DNA from: Callorhinchus milii
Taxonomy: Eukaryota
Assembly (NCBI RefSeq): GCF_018977255.1
Contig: NW_024704772.1
Location: forward strand, 372,001 to 436,000
Length of the DNA stretch: 64,000 nt
Direction of reading: 5' to 3'
Shown: piece by piece, positions 12,339-24,882 of the stretch
Layout of the letters: each line of letters begins with the position of its first letter
Position numbering within the stretch: the stretch's first letter is position 1
Notes under the pieces: generated by a model
The model's database searches: none
Told to the model about the DNA's origin: nothing
The model's input: the letters and a program-made list of their open reading frames with translations, nothing else
Translations under genes and position numbers: made by a program

Positions 12339-15300
12339 GTCTGTGTTCAGGGTGATATGGAAAGGCTCCCTAATAGGATTTAGAAAAAGAGGGTGTTGTC
12401 TTCCCCCCCCCATCCCCATCCCCTCTCCAATTTCCCAAAGTCCTAGCCCTCCTCACCCCAAGATAAAATTGGTGAGAGTAGGGGAATGGGACTAGTTGGT
12501 AGCTCTTCAAAGAGCCAGCACAGGGAAGCTGGGCCGAATGGCCTCCTTCGGTGCTGTAAGATTCTATGTAAATTCACAACGTGGCTGCTGTGATTGCTTT
12601 TAAACAAACACACAGTCACTACACTTCACAGTGAGGCACTCTGATACGTCTCGATGACGTGCTAAGGCGCCGTGTCAAACGCGAGGATTGTCGTGCGAAT
12701 GGGAGTTGTTAAAGCAGTGAATGCTGTCCAGCCAGGAGCGATGTCGCTCTGCCCTCGCTGGGCGCTTCTGTGTTGTTTGTGAAGGCAGCTGAGCAGCTGC
12801 TATCGCCGTGCGTTGGGTGTGTGAGAATGGCAGCGTCGACTCAGCCAAGTTGGCCACAGCAACAACACTGGCCTCTGTTCCCTGACAGCCGCTGGGTTTG
12901 TGCTCTGGTGGTGGCGGGGGGGGGAGTGGGGTCTTCCTGTGTTACACTGGGGAGACGCCGGGACCTCAGCTTAACACCTTCTCCTGAAAGGCAGGATTGT
13001 TTTGCTTGGTAAAAATACTGCTAGAATAATATAAAAAGCTCTGCCCCCCACCCCCTCCAACACCTGTCCTGGAGACTATGTTGTGTGTATGTGTGTGTGT
13101 ATTGAATGTGTTATTTACAATGACGCTAACTCGTGGAGCTCCCACAGCTATTATCACGCCGGGAGTGTTTAGCTGAGCTGGATGACGCGAGCTGACAAGA
13201 CACTATTTTGGGAGCGCTTTAAGCGAGCTGTTTGTGGGGAGTGAATGAAGGAGGAATTAGGCCCAGTTCCCCACAATGGAATACATTATGTTAATCAGAC
13301 CACTGACTAACCAGCTGGAGCTTTGCTTAAATAGTATTAACAGCGTTCTGCCATGCCTGTGTGGGCAAGGAGAAAAACAGTACTCTTACATCCACCCTGT
13401 GTCAAAGCTGGGGAGACAGAGAGGGAGAGAGAGAGAGAGAGAGAGACACAATGTCAGATATACTGTTAAACTGAGCTCCCTCTCTGTGGCCTGTTTAAGG
13501 GGAACGCTAAAGATCACCATGATGTCATTCGTCAAGACAAAGGAGTTTCTTCCGGTTTCCTAACCAACGAAGTGTAGTGGCTGTGTATTTTTGTGGGGAA
13601 CCCAGCAATCAATTTTGCGCACAGTGACGTCCCCGCACAGACAAACGGCCATGAAGTGAACAACTGATTTTATAGGGTGGGGGGTGGCGGAGGTTGTCGG
13701 GCAGGTCAACAGTGGGGATGGGGAGGAATGAGAAAGAGTATGCCCGGTACGGCACAACGAGGCTTGGAGCAGGCGGTGGGCCGCTGAGGGGAGCCCAGAG
13801 GAACTGGTTTCTCCAGGAACATGGAGCTAACGGATGTGTGTTTTCCAGGTGCCAATATCGCTACCGGGGAGGAGGTGGCCATCAAGCTGGAATGTGTGAA
13901 AACTAAACACCCTCAACTCCACATCGAGAGCAAGTTCTACAAGATGATGCAGGGAGGAGGTAAGCTGTCTGTCACACTGTTACCCCTGACCGCAGTGGGC
14001 AGGGGGTGGAGGTGAGCCTGGGTGGGGGGGTGCGGAGTGTATGGGGTGTAGCTTAAAGTGACCACAGGACGGACTCAGAGTGAAGAGTATTGACAACTGA
14101 CATTTGCTTAATAGTAATAAATGAATCGTTGCATTTGATATAGCGCCTTATCAAGTCGCGGAGACGTCTTGAAGAGCTTCACAGAATATACTGTAAAGTG
14201 TAGTGACCGTGTATTTTGTGGGTGAAACGTGGCAGCCAATTATAACAATATAATAATCCTTGCATTCGATACAGTGCCTTATCACGCCTTCGAGACGCCT
14301 CAAAGCGCTTCAAAGGATATACTTTAAAATGTAGTGACTGTATTTTCTGGGCGAAACGTGGCAGCCAATTGCGCACAGCAGCGTCCCCACAAACAGTGAA
14401 AACAAAAACAGAAGTTGCTGGGAACACTCAGCAGGTCAGGCAGCGTCAATAGAGAAAGGAAAGTTTCGGGACCACGACCCTTCGTCAGACAGTGACTGTG
14501 AGATGTTGGGGTGACTCTCTCTCTCTCTCTGCCTGCAGTGGGGATCCCCTCTATTAAGTGGTGCGGGGCTGAAGGAGATTACAATGTGATGGTGATGGAG
14601 TTGCTGGGACCCAGCCTCGAGGATCTCTTCAACTTCTGCTCCCGCAAGTTCAGTCTGAAGACCGTGCTGCTGCTCGCAGACCAGATGGTACCAGAGCTCT
14701 CTTCCTCAACACATTGTGAAGTGCTTCACAGTCTCTACTGTCGCGGCTGAGACTTATTTTTGTAGGCAAATGTGGCAGCTATTTAAACACATCTGCGCAC
14801 ATATACACGTGCACGCACCGTGTGCTCCTCTTCCTTCTCTTTTCCTGCTCAGATCATGTGCTGTTCAGCTCTCTACTGGGTCCCAATGAGTTAGTGTAAA
14901 GCTGATGATGGGCCTGAGAGTTACAGTCCTTTGCTGTAACCTTGTTATCATGATCAGTGACCATATGACAGAGGCGTGTTGAAATCGCTTCACGTTTACT
15001 AACAGAGTTTGTTCAGGGGCTGGTGGAACGTGTTTAGCGTCAGTGTGGCGCAGACTGGCCTGCTGTTTAACACTGGCTGTGGTAACGCTTTGTGACTGCA
15101 GCCGCCACACGTGGGCAGGATTGCCTTGGGGAGAGAGCTTATCTTTTCAGTGTGGCTGAAATTTAAATTAAATCAAATTACTGTTGAGATCCACAGTATT
15201 ACTGTCACTGGCCCTTAAGATGCAAGGTTTTCTGTTTGTTTGTGGTGTGTGTGTGTTGGGGGTAGGAGAGGGGTTAGGTATATACAGTGTGAATATGTGC

Positions 15301-18300
15301 ATGGTGTGTGTGTGTAGATGGTGTATTGTTTGTGGCGTGTGTGTGGGAGGGTATGTGCATATACAGTGTGAGTATGTGTATTGTGTGTGTAGCGATATAT
15401 ATATATGTGTGTGTGTGTACGGTGTGTTGTGTGTATACGTGTGTATGGGCCACACTGACATTGCTGTGTCCTGTTCAGATCAGTCGGATCGAGTACATCC
15501 ATTCGAAGAACTTCATCCACAGGGACGTGAAGCCGGACAACTTCCTGATGGGCCTGGGCAAGAAGGGCAACCTGGTGTATATCATCGACTTCGGCTTAGC
15601 CAAGAAATACCGCGATGCCCGCACTCACCAGCACATCCCGTACCGGGAGAACAAGAACCTGACCGGCACCGCCCGCTATGCCTCCATCAACACCCACCTG
15701 GGCATCGGTCAGCATCCGTCCACCCCTCACTGTGTGATTGTCTCTGCTTCTGGGGGCAGATGCTGAGCAAAGGGGTGGGGGTGGTGGGGGGGCTTCTGGA
15801 GTGTTGAGGCGTGATTTAATAACTGAAAGACAGGAAAAGGTGGGAGGAGGAGAAATGTTTTTACCCGTATTTTACTCGCATCGGGGGGACAAGCCGAGGT
15901 GCTGAACAGTCAGGGTCATTAGGACCCGATTCCGCGAGAGAGGGAGGGAGAGCCAGGGATAGATTTGAGGTTGATACCCCTCTGGGTGTAGAGTTGCTCA
16001 GTTTGTGTGTGTCGTTCCCCTCCACAGAGCAGAGCCGGCGAGATGACCTGGAGTCTCTAGGCTATGTGCTGATGTACTTTAACCTGGGATCGCTGCCCTG
16101 GCAGGGGCTCAAAGCCGCCACCAAACGGCAGAAATACGAGCGCATCAGCGAGAAAAAGATGTCAACCCCCATCGAGGTGCTGTGTAAGGGCTACTCCTGT
16201 AAGTGTTTATCCAGTCGTGTGCGCATGTGGGTGACGATGTGAGAGGCGCTGTGTAAGGGCTACTTCTGTAGGTGTTTATCCACCCCATTGAGGTGCCCCC
16301 CCCCACGTCCTGTTCCTATTAAATAGGTATTGTACATCTTTTTGTGATTTGTGAATGTCCCGCGAGTGTGTGCGCGTGTATATGCACGTGCTTATGTATA
16401 TACACCTGCGCGCCTCTCATTTATCATTTGTGGCCACCAAATGGGTGTATTTTTCTGTGACTCTAATCTATTTGTGCTTTCCTTCCCATCCCCCCCCCCA
16501 GCTGAGTTTTCCACCTACCTGAACTTCTGTCGTTCCCTGCGTTTCGATGACAAACCGGATTACTCCTACCTGCGCCAGCTATTCCGGAATCTGTTCCACC
16601 GGCAAGGCTTCTCCTATGACTATGTGTTTGACTGGAACATGCTGAAGTTTGTAAGTTTTCCCTGTGGCCTCGCCTCCGCTCTCGGCCTCTCCTTTCTCTC
16701 CTGCAGTAAAACTTTAACCCACAGAGGGGTGTTTAACACCACCGCCCCCCCCCCCCCCCACACACCTTTGTGTGTGAGTTGGGGTGGGGGGAGCTGGGAA
16801 AGGAAAGATGCTGGTTTTTGGGAGGGAAATCTGTGCTTGTGTGTGTGAGCGCGCATGTCTGCGGCTATGTTTGAGTGCATGTGTGTGGGGGGAGTGTGTG
16901 TGTGAGCGCGCATGTGTGCAGGGGGGCGGGTGTGTGTGTGTGAGTGCACGTGTGTGCGGGGGTTGTGATTGAGTGCGCATGTGTGCGGCTGTGTGTTTCC
17001 TACTCGCTCTCTTTGTTCTTCAGAGAGAGGTGTATGTGATACGTTGCCCTGACTGTCTCTCTTCCCCACTTCTCTATCTCTCTCTCTCTCTCTCTCAGGG
17101 TGCTGGACGTACAGCCGAGGACTCTGAGCGGGAACGTCGGGAACATGACCGGGAGGAGCGTGTGGTGCAGACCCGCAGCTCGGCCACGCGCACGTTCCCG
17201 CCGGGAACTGGGCCCGGAGCAGGTGGCAACCGTCTACGGAACGGGCAAGAGGCTGTGCTGCCGACTCCCAACTCCCGGGCACAGCAGTCCGGTGTGTGTC
17301 TGTGTGTGTGGTGTCTGTCTTTGTCTGTGTGTGTGTCTGACAGTGTTGGGGCACGATGCCGAGTTGGGGGAGGGTGGCGGTGACTGTAGGCGCGGTTGAA
17401 GAGGAAGGTCTTCAGGTGCAACCTGAAGATAAGGAAGGAAGGGACGAGGTGAAGGGAGGGATAGAGGAAGTGTGTTCCAGGGTCTAAATAATAATAATAA
17501 TCCTTGCATTTGATATAGCGCTTTTCACGTCGGGAGGACGTCCGAAAGCGCTTCACAGAACACACTGTAAAGTGAATTGACCGTATATTTGTGGGCGAAC
17601 GCGGCAGCCAATTGCGCTGGAAGTGCAGCCACCGGTGGTGGAGCAGAGAGATTCATTTCAGCACAACGCGTGTGTGTGTGAGTGTGAGCTGGGGGTTAAT
17701 GAGCCAGTAAAAGAGAATCCTATTAAAAGTAAATTTGTTTATTTTCCTCTTCAGCAAATACCTCGCCCAGACCCATCTCCCGGGCTGAGAGAGAGCGGAA
17801 AGTCAGCATGAGGTTACACCGAGGAGCTCCCGCCAACGTGTCCTCCTCTGATCTCACAGCACGACAGGACGCCTCCCGCATCTCAGCCTCACAGGTCACT
17901 CCCAGCTCACTCCCTAACACACTCCCCTCCCTACACAGCCTGGGTCCCTGTCGGAGAGGGAGTGGGGGGACTACCCTGTCTGTGTGCGTGTGTGTGCAGG
18001 GATGGATATGTGTGTAGGGTCTGTGTGTGTAGGAGGTAGCGTGGCGGTGTGTTTGTGCTGGGGCTGGGATGGCCTGGCACGGCATGGGCTGGGATGGGGA
18101 TGGCACGGGATGGGATGGCCTGGCACTGCATGGCATGGCCTGGGATGGCCTGGGATGGCCTGGCACGGCATGGCCTGGGATGGGATGGCACGGGATGGGA
18201 TGGCCTGGCACTGCATGGCCTGGCACTGCATGGCACGGCCTGGCCTGGCACGGCATGGCCTGGGATGGTCTGGCACGGCATGGGCTGGGATGGCCTGGCA

Positions 18301-19159
18301 TGGCCTGGGATGGTCTGGGATGGCCTGGCACGGCATGGCCTGGGATGGCCTGGCACTGCACGGCATGGCCTGGCCTGGCACTGCACGGCACGGCACGGCC
18401 TGGGATGGCCTGGCACGGCACGGCATGGCCTGGATGGCCTGGCACGGCACGGCACGGCCTGGGCTATATCACTGTGAGAGGTGACTTGGACCTGAGAAAT
18501 AGCTGTGCAGTTGGAGGCCGTGGCTCCTGCAGCTCAGTGGGGCCCTCAAGTGGTGGCAATCTGCCAGTGCAGCTGAGGCGCTGCAAAGTGCCAACAGGAA
18601 GAGTGCTTTGACGTGATGTTCGGCATTTTTTTCCCTCTTTGGTCCCTCCCCACCCACCCCCCACCCCATGTGGTGTCGCGGCCGAATGACCCACCGCCTG
18701 CTCTATGAAACGTTGGCGTTGCACATAAAAAACGCTCGCTCTCAGGGCGCTCACATTGGCTGCTTACAACACAAGATTATGTGTCAGCGAGTGCCACATT
18801 GTCGGAGACTCCGTCCCTCAGATGAGGTGTTAAACCGAGCTCCCCTCCCCGTCTGCCTGTTCGGGCGTCGTTAAAGATCCCGCAAAGCAAAGGGAGTTTC
18901 TCTCTCACGGTGACCTGGCTGCCAGTTTCTCCCTCTCCCGCCCTCCCCCCACCATAGTAAAATAGGTCAGTCACTCCGCAGCTGTTTGTAGAGCCTGTTC
19001 GGCTGAGCACAAATTGGCTGCTACGTTCACCCTCAAAATATTGCCCTTGAGAGGAAGGTTGTGAGGTGCTTTGAGATGTTCTGAATGCTGTGCGGAGCGT
19101 GAGTGAGGCTGTGTGTTATTGTGGCTGATGTCTCTCTCTCTCTCTCTCTCTCTGTGTCA

Positions 19160-19191
<32 letters not shown>

Positions 19192-19230
19192 CTGTAGACC
19201 AGCATGGCCTTCGAACATGTGGCAAAGTGA
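8373..19230 (+). CDS. CSNK1E: Casein kinase I isoform epsilon (416 aa)
   Basis: Exons 8373-8448, 13849-13959, 14539-14687, 15479-15707, 16028-16198, 16502-16650, 17099-17291, 17755-17894, 19198-19230. All introns are GT-AG and the CDS totals 1251 nt. Motifs: [50 protein letters not shown], epsilon-type [11 protein letters not shown] and tail [10 protein letters not shown]. Synteny with TMEM184B/MAFF supports the call. Confidence 0.96.
14115..14400 (-). mobile_element. Two tandem SINE 3' halves
   Basis: Two copies of ttgcatt(t/c)gata(t/c)ag(c/t)gccttatca...gaaacgtggcagccaatt. Confidence 0.75.
17370..17617 (-). mobile_element. LINE2 3' remnant followed by a SINE 3' half
   Basis: Minus-strand [14 protein letters not shown], then (taa)n and the SINE consensus. 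Confidence 0.65.
18062..18465. repeat. Pentamer satellite (TGGCA/TGGCC/TGGGA/CGGCA)n in CSNK1E intron 8
   Basis: About 80 degenerate 5-nt units. These produce the spurious MAWHG/PGHAV ORFs. Confidence 0.9.
18790..19100 (+). mobile_element. Older Deu-type SINE body
   Basis: gtgccacattgtcggag...cagatgaggtgttaaaccgag...ccgtctgcctgttc...gttaaagatccc...cacaaattggctgctacgttc. Similar copies at 25230-25500 (-), 39920-40040 and 42860-43125. Confidence 0.65.
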
Positions 19231-19812
19231 CTGAAGTGCTTAGACCAGCAGGTAGTTTGGTGAGTAAGTACCTATTTGCTGTCTTTGGCGGTGGGACACA
19301 CAGCTGCAGTTTACAACACACATTTACATTTATATGCGCCTTCCACCTCACAAGGATATCCCAAGGCGCTTAATGCTTGCTATATTGTGCCCCGTTGTCC
19401 ACCATCCTGGCAGTCGCTTGACATTAGTATTGCAAATTAGTGTTTCTAATATGTTTTAATTTCTTTAGTTGTTTTAAAAAAAAGTCACAAATTGTTTATC
19501 GTTGACCAGAACTCCAATAATAATAACGATATTCCTGCATACACTGTAAAGTAAATTGACTATACAATTTGTGGCGAAACTCGGCGGCCAATTGCGCACA
19601 GCAGTGTCCCACAAGCATTCGTGGATTGAACGACCAAACTATTTATTATTTCCCCATCTCTTTCTAGTTTAACCACGGGATCTGTAACTCCCACATAAAC
19701 AGGCACAAGTGGGAGTTTGGTTTATTGTGCTTTATTACAAGGGGCTTGTTTTTGACTTGACTTGTATTTCTCTTCCCTCTTCGCCCCCCCCTCCCCCCTC
19801 CCCACAAACCAG

Positions 19813-19869
19813 ATTCCTTCGCTGATGTTTGCCAATGGTGGGGGCGGCTTCTCCAACATTGATCACTGA
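19813..19869 (+). CDS. CSNK1E: Alternative C-terminal coding segment of CK1 epsilon (IPSLMFANGGGGFSNIDH*) at the start of the last exon
   Basis: Pyrimidine tract plus ccAG acceptor at 19811-19812. In phase 0 with exon 8 if 19198-~19260 is skipped. Starts IP-, as the CK1delta1 tail does. Confidence 0.6.
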   Translation: MPSLMFANGGGGFSNIDH

Positions 19870-21349
19870 AGTGGGGCCTTCAGGGAGGATATCAGACCAA
19901 CGCTCGTCTAGAGATTAACTTGTTCAAGAAGTGAGGGACTAAAGGCCTCGATTTCAGTCTGAACACAACTTACAATGGTCCTGTGTCAGTCACCTCAAAA
20001 TCTATTATATATACATTGTTTTTGTTCCCCCTGGTTTATTTGTTTGGGGGAGGCGGGGGGAATCTTTTCCCAGGAGAAACAACACTCCCCCCTTCCTGCT
20101 GCCCCCACCCCCACCCCCCCCCCCGCATAGAATTTTGTTCTCAGACAAACTCTCCACAAAGGGAAGTTCGGACTTCGTGCTTGGAACCTTGTAAAGAGCT
20201 TTCCACCCACGCTCCACTCCATCACCAACTTGTAAATGTCATCTGTGTGTATGTGTGTATGTGTGTGTGTGCGCGCACGCTCGCGTGTGTGTGTTCGCTT
20301 TCGCTCACACGCACGAGAGAGAGGTTTGTTTGTGCGTGTGTTTGCGCTCATACACAAGTGTTTGTGTAAGCGCGTTTGTGTGTGTGTGTGTGTACGCGCG
20401 CGCACGTACATGTGCGTGCGTGCATGCGTGTTCGTGTGCGTGCGCGCTCGTTTCCCAGCAACGCCAGTGATGGGAGGGAGTGGGTTGGGGAAAGGGTGAA
20501 GGAATAGATTGCTAAATAAAAGGGTTTGACCAAGCTCCTTTTGAACCTGCAGCAGTCTCCTTCCCAGCAAGCCCGGAAGCTGGTCCGTTGTAATTTTTTT
20601 ATATATATATATACAGTATATATATGTACACGTGTATGTTACATAGGAACGGGACGCTTGACACTGACTGACTGACTGATCGACTGACTGACGTTAAGCT
20701 GCCTAGACGCTGTGCTGTAAACTAACTCTGCACTCTAGTTAATTGCAGTGTCGTCCTTAACCAGAAACTCCCTTCCTTTGCAGTGCCATGGGCTTCCCCC
20801 CCCCCTTCCACCATTGCCAGATCCCCCCACCCCCACCCCCGCCACATGCCATCCAGTGGTTGGCGAGTATCAACAACACTGCTGTGTAAAGCTCGTCTCT
20901 GTTAGTGTCCATTCGTTCACTCACCTTGTGGGGACGGAGTGAGAACATAGGATGGGGGAGGGGTTGGAATTACATTTTTAAACACCCCCCCCCCCCCCCG
21001 GTGGAAATCTCCCCCGCCCCCAAACACCGAGCTTTGCAGCAGGAAGAAATAGCAATGCAATAAACACAGGCCCACTAGAGTAGCCAGGCCTGAGTGTGTA
21101 AGTGAGTGTGAGCAGGGCCTGGTAAGCTGGCACTCGCTGTTTGTTTGGGGGTGGGGGGGGGGGGGGGTTGTCCTGCTCTGAGCTGCTCGTTGTCTTGTTA
21201 GTGTAAGGTGGGTAGGACCAGTGGTCAGGCCCCAGGCGGCTGCTCATTCCTTTACGGTGTCTATTTATTTTCTTTTTTTTTTAAAACTGGCTTTTGTGTC
21301 GTGTAATTTTTATTTTTTTTAAGGGAGAGCGAGGAGGCTCCCAGACCTG

Positions 21350-22210
21350 CAGATGTCTGTGTCTGTCTGTCTGTCTGTGTGTGAGTGTCTGTGTCTGTCT
21401 GTCTGTGTGTGAGTGTCTGTGTGTGAGTGTCTGTGTGTGAGNNNNNNNNNNNNNNNNNNNNNNNNNNNNNNNNNNNNNNNNNNNNNNNNNNNNNNNNNNN
21501 NNNNNNNNNNNNNNNNNNNNNNNNNNNNNNNNNNNNNNNNNNNNNNNNNNNNNNNNNNNNNNNNNNNNNNNNNNNNNNNNNNNNNNNNNNNNNNNNNNNN
21601 NNNNNNNNNNNNNNNTGAGTGTCTGTGTGAGTGTGTGTGTCTGTCTGTGTGTGAGTGTCTGTGTGTGGGTGTCTGTGTGTGAGTGTCTGTGTGTGTGTCT
21701 GTGTGTGTGTCTGTGTGTGTGTCTGTGTGTGAGTGTCTGTGTGTGTCTGTCTGTGTGTGGGTGTCTGTGTGTGGGTGTCTGTGTGTGGGTGTCTGTGTGT
21801 GGGTGTCTGTGTGTGAGTGTCTGTGTGTGAGTGTCTGTGTGTGGGTGTGTGGTGTGAGTGTCTGTGTGTGAGTGTGTGTGGTGTCTGTGTGTGTGTCTGT
21901 GTGTGAGTGTCTGTGTGTGGGTGTCTGTGTGTGGGTGTCTGTGTGTGGGTGTCTGTGTGTGGGTGTCTGTGTGTGAGTGTCNNNNNNNNNNNNNNNNNNN
22001 NNNNNNNNNNNNNNNNNNNNNNNNNNNNNNNNNNNNNNNNNNNNNNNNNNNNNNNNNNNNNNNNNNNNNNNNNNNNNNNNNNNNNNNNNNNNNNNNNNNN
22101 NNNNNNNNNNNNNNNNNNNNNNNNNNNNNNNNNNNNNNNNNNNNNNNNNNNNNNNNNNNNNNNNNNNNNNNNNNNNNNNNNNNNNNGTGTGAGTGTCTGT
22201 GTGTGAGTGC
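21350..22210. repeat. (GT)-rich compound microsatellite/minisatellite (gtgtctgtgtgtgg/ga), interrupted by gaps
   Basis: Tandem ~14-nt units. Confidence 0.85.
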
Positions 22211-22857
22211 ACGTGCAGAATCCTGGCAAAGAATTCAGCTCATTTATTTTATATATTTTTTAAAAAAATCTGTCCAGCTCGTTTTATTTTTACCCCCATC
22301 CCTCCCCCCCCCCCCCCCCCCCCCCCACCTCTCCCCTGTCTTTCTCCAGGCTCCGTTTCCAGGTGTCTGTTACACACTGCTCTGTGTGACAGTAAGTAAC
22401 TGTGTGTGCGCACGTGTGTGTGTGTGTGTGTGTTCAATACCACTCCCCTCCCTCCCAAAACGACTCCATTCCTGCTGTAGGTCACTGCAGTCCTGATACT
22501 GACCTCTCAGCGGTCGTGAGTGGGCTTCATGATTTCCAGTGGAATTGGCTTCTTGTTGCAGTGTTCGCTGAGGAGACTCAGGCAGACAGACAGGGAATAG
22601 AATCACTAGTGTTCTCTTCTACCCCCCCCCACCCCACCCCACCCCAAAAAAAAAAAAACTTGGGATGAATGTTTCTTTCTCCCGTATCCTTTTTTTTTTT
22701 TTGCAAAAAAGGCGCTGGGATTCGGGACAACTGTGGAGCGTGAGAGGGAACTGGGCGTCGTGGTGTCCAGTCAGTCTCACTATGTGTGTGTGTGTGTGTT
22801 GTGAAATTCGTACCAATTCAGCTCAGCAGCCAAAGTAGCAGGAGGTGGGGGTGGGGG

Positions 22858-22893
<36 letters not shown>

Positions 22894-24876
22894 GTGTGAC
22901 CCTGTGACTGTCCTAGTTTCGGGGTGGGGCGAGAGCGTGCATTAGCTGACTTGCCTCGCACTGTGTCAAGTGGCAACGCATCTGTCGCAGTCTCAAGTCT
23001 CTTCCCCCCCCCCCCCCCCCCACCCCCGACTGCCCTCCCTCTCTTCCACCCCCCCACCCCCGTACGCACACCTCACCAGACCTCGCCCCTCGCTGCGTTC
23101 AGTGGTATAACAATTGATGTAGGAGGGAGAGTTTACGGAATGGGCAGTAAGGCAACCTTAGACGAGCCTTTGCCACGCCCGTCCGTCTGCAACGCAACGC
23201 AGAGTGGTCTTGTGTGTGAGTTGTCGTGTGCGAGTGTGTGAGAGTTTGCCACCGTGGTCACGGTGCAGTGTCCGCCCCCCACCCCTTTTATTAGCACATG
23301 TAGCAAAATGCTCCCGACCACTGGACCATGTTCTGTGATGTAGTGTTGGGGTTGCGGGGAGGGAGGGAGAAAGAGGAGGAGAGGAGGGTGTGACGATGGA
23401 GATGGTGGGAGATGTCAGATTGAGCCACGCTTTGTGGTGGTGGTGGTGGTGGGCTGGAGTTGGGGGTGGGGGTGGGGGGGAGTGGATGGGGGTCAGTTGC
23501 TCGGGTACAGAGCTCGGAGGAGAGGGGAGGGGGTGTCCGGTCTCCCAGTGTCTGCTGTTGAGTCTTGCAGTCCGACTGACGTTCAGTTTGTAGCAGTTTC
23601 TGAAGTAGAAATTGTATGAACCCGAAAAACATTTTCTTGTTCTGTAACGTAAACACGAATGTCACTTTTCTTTTAAAATCTTAAGTGTACTAATAGCCCC
23701 CTCCCTCCCTCCCTCCCTCCCTCCCTCCCTCCCTCTCTCTCGCCCTCTTCCTCCCTCCCTCCCTCCCTCCCTCCCTCTCTCTCGCCCTCTTCCTCCCTCC
23801 CTCCCTGCCAAACAGTTTATGGGTTCTGTATTTAATCCACTAAATATTCCTAATTAAGTTATTTTTCTCCCTGTTTTGTTAACATTGGTATTTCCTCAAA
23901 ATCACCTTTTTTGAGATTATTTTGTATTTGTGTAAATAGCGGAGGTTTTTTTTTTTGGATTGTAAAGTGGAAGAACTGTGGCTTCTTAGTACTGATGTTG
24001 AACAATGTAACATAGTTTTTCATTTCTGACCCAAAGTGTGGTGACGGGGTGGGGTAGGGATCGAACCGTCAGCTTGTGTGTGGGGGAGCTCTCCCCCCCC
24101 CCCACCCATGTGGAGAGGTGGGGGTTTATAGGCTGACTGTACCCAGGGGTGGAGCATTGCTACCATCAATTCAGCCTTTGCTCACCCTGTGTGTGTGTGT
24201 GTGTGTGGGGGGGGGGACGGGACGGGGGGAACGGGGGATTCTCATGACTTGATTGTGGGAGTTACAACAACATTGGACTCTCCTGATGTAGCTTATAGCA
24301 CGGAGAGCGAGTGAACAAGACAGCGATGGAGGGAGCAGGCGGGGAGGGGTGGGGTGGGGAGGGGGAGGGGGTGGGGAGGTAAATCTGGGCCCGGTGTTTG
24401 ACCCGGTCACACACAGGCTTCGCCCAGTGAGGAGAGACTGGAAGACGTTCGCTGTTTTGCCGTTGCCCGGGATCAGGATTGGCGCCTGATCAGGTCCCCA
24501 GTCGTGTCCATTGGGTGTGAGCGAGCGTGTGAGTGCTGTATAACCAGTCGCCTTGGGGGGTGGGGGGGGGGGGGGGGCAAAGTGAACCCCCAAAACAGGA
24601 CGTCTGTCACTGAGCCAACAGAGTCCGCAACAAAGAGGGTGAGACCACCCCCCCCCCCCCAACACACACACAACACATACACACCCCAATGGGGGAAACT
24701 CCCAATGTCACCCTTACTGGTGCAGTTTGACGCTGCCCTTCCCTCCCTTTGGGAATATTCTCTGACCTATTCTGTCTCGATGTCTAATGTACAGTTCTTT
24801 ATTCCTGACACTATTTAATGTTATTTACAATACAATTTAATATGGTTGTTATTTGTGTACATTTTAAAAGCTTATA

Positions 24877-24882
24877 AATAAA
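24877..24882 (+). terminator. CSNK1E: Candidate distal poly(A) signal of CSNK1E
   Basis: AATAAA follows AU-rich UTR-like blocks with TGTA motifs and precedes a GT/T-rich tract. More proximal AATAAA sites are at 20515 and 21059. Confidence 0.5.

Noticed and set aside
17723-18611. Six overlapping repetitive ORFs (PGHAV, MAWHG)
   Set aside because: Artefact of a stop-free pentamer satellite.
23975-24035. C/D-box snoRNA-like motifs (ctgatgt ... ctga)
   Set aside because: The C box is imperfect, the boxes are only ~40 nt apart, there is no terminal stem, and the site is not intronic.
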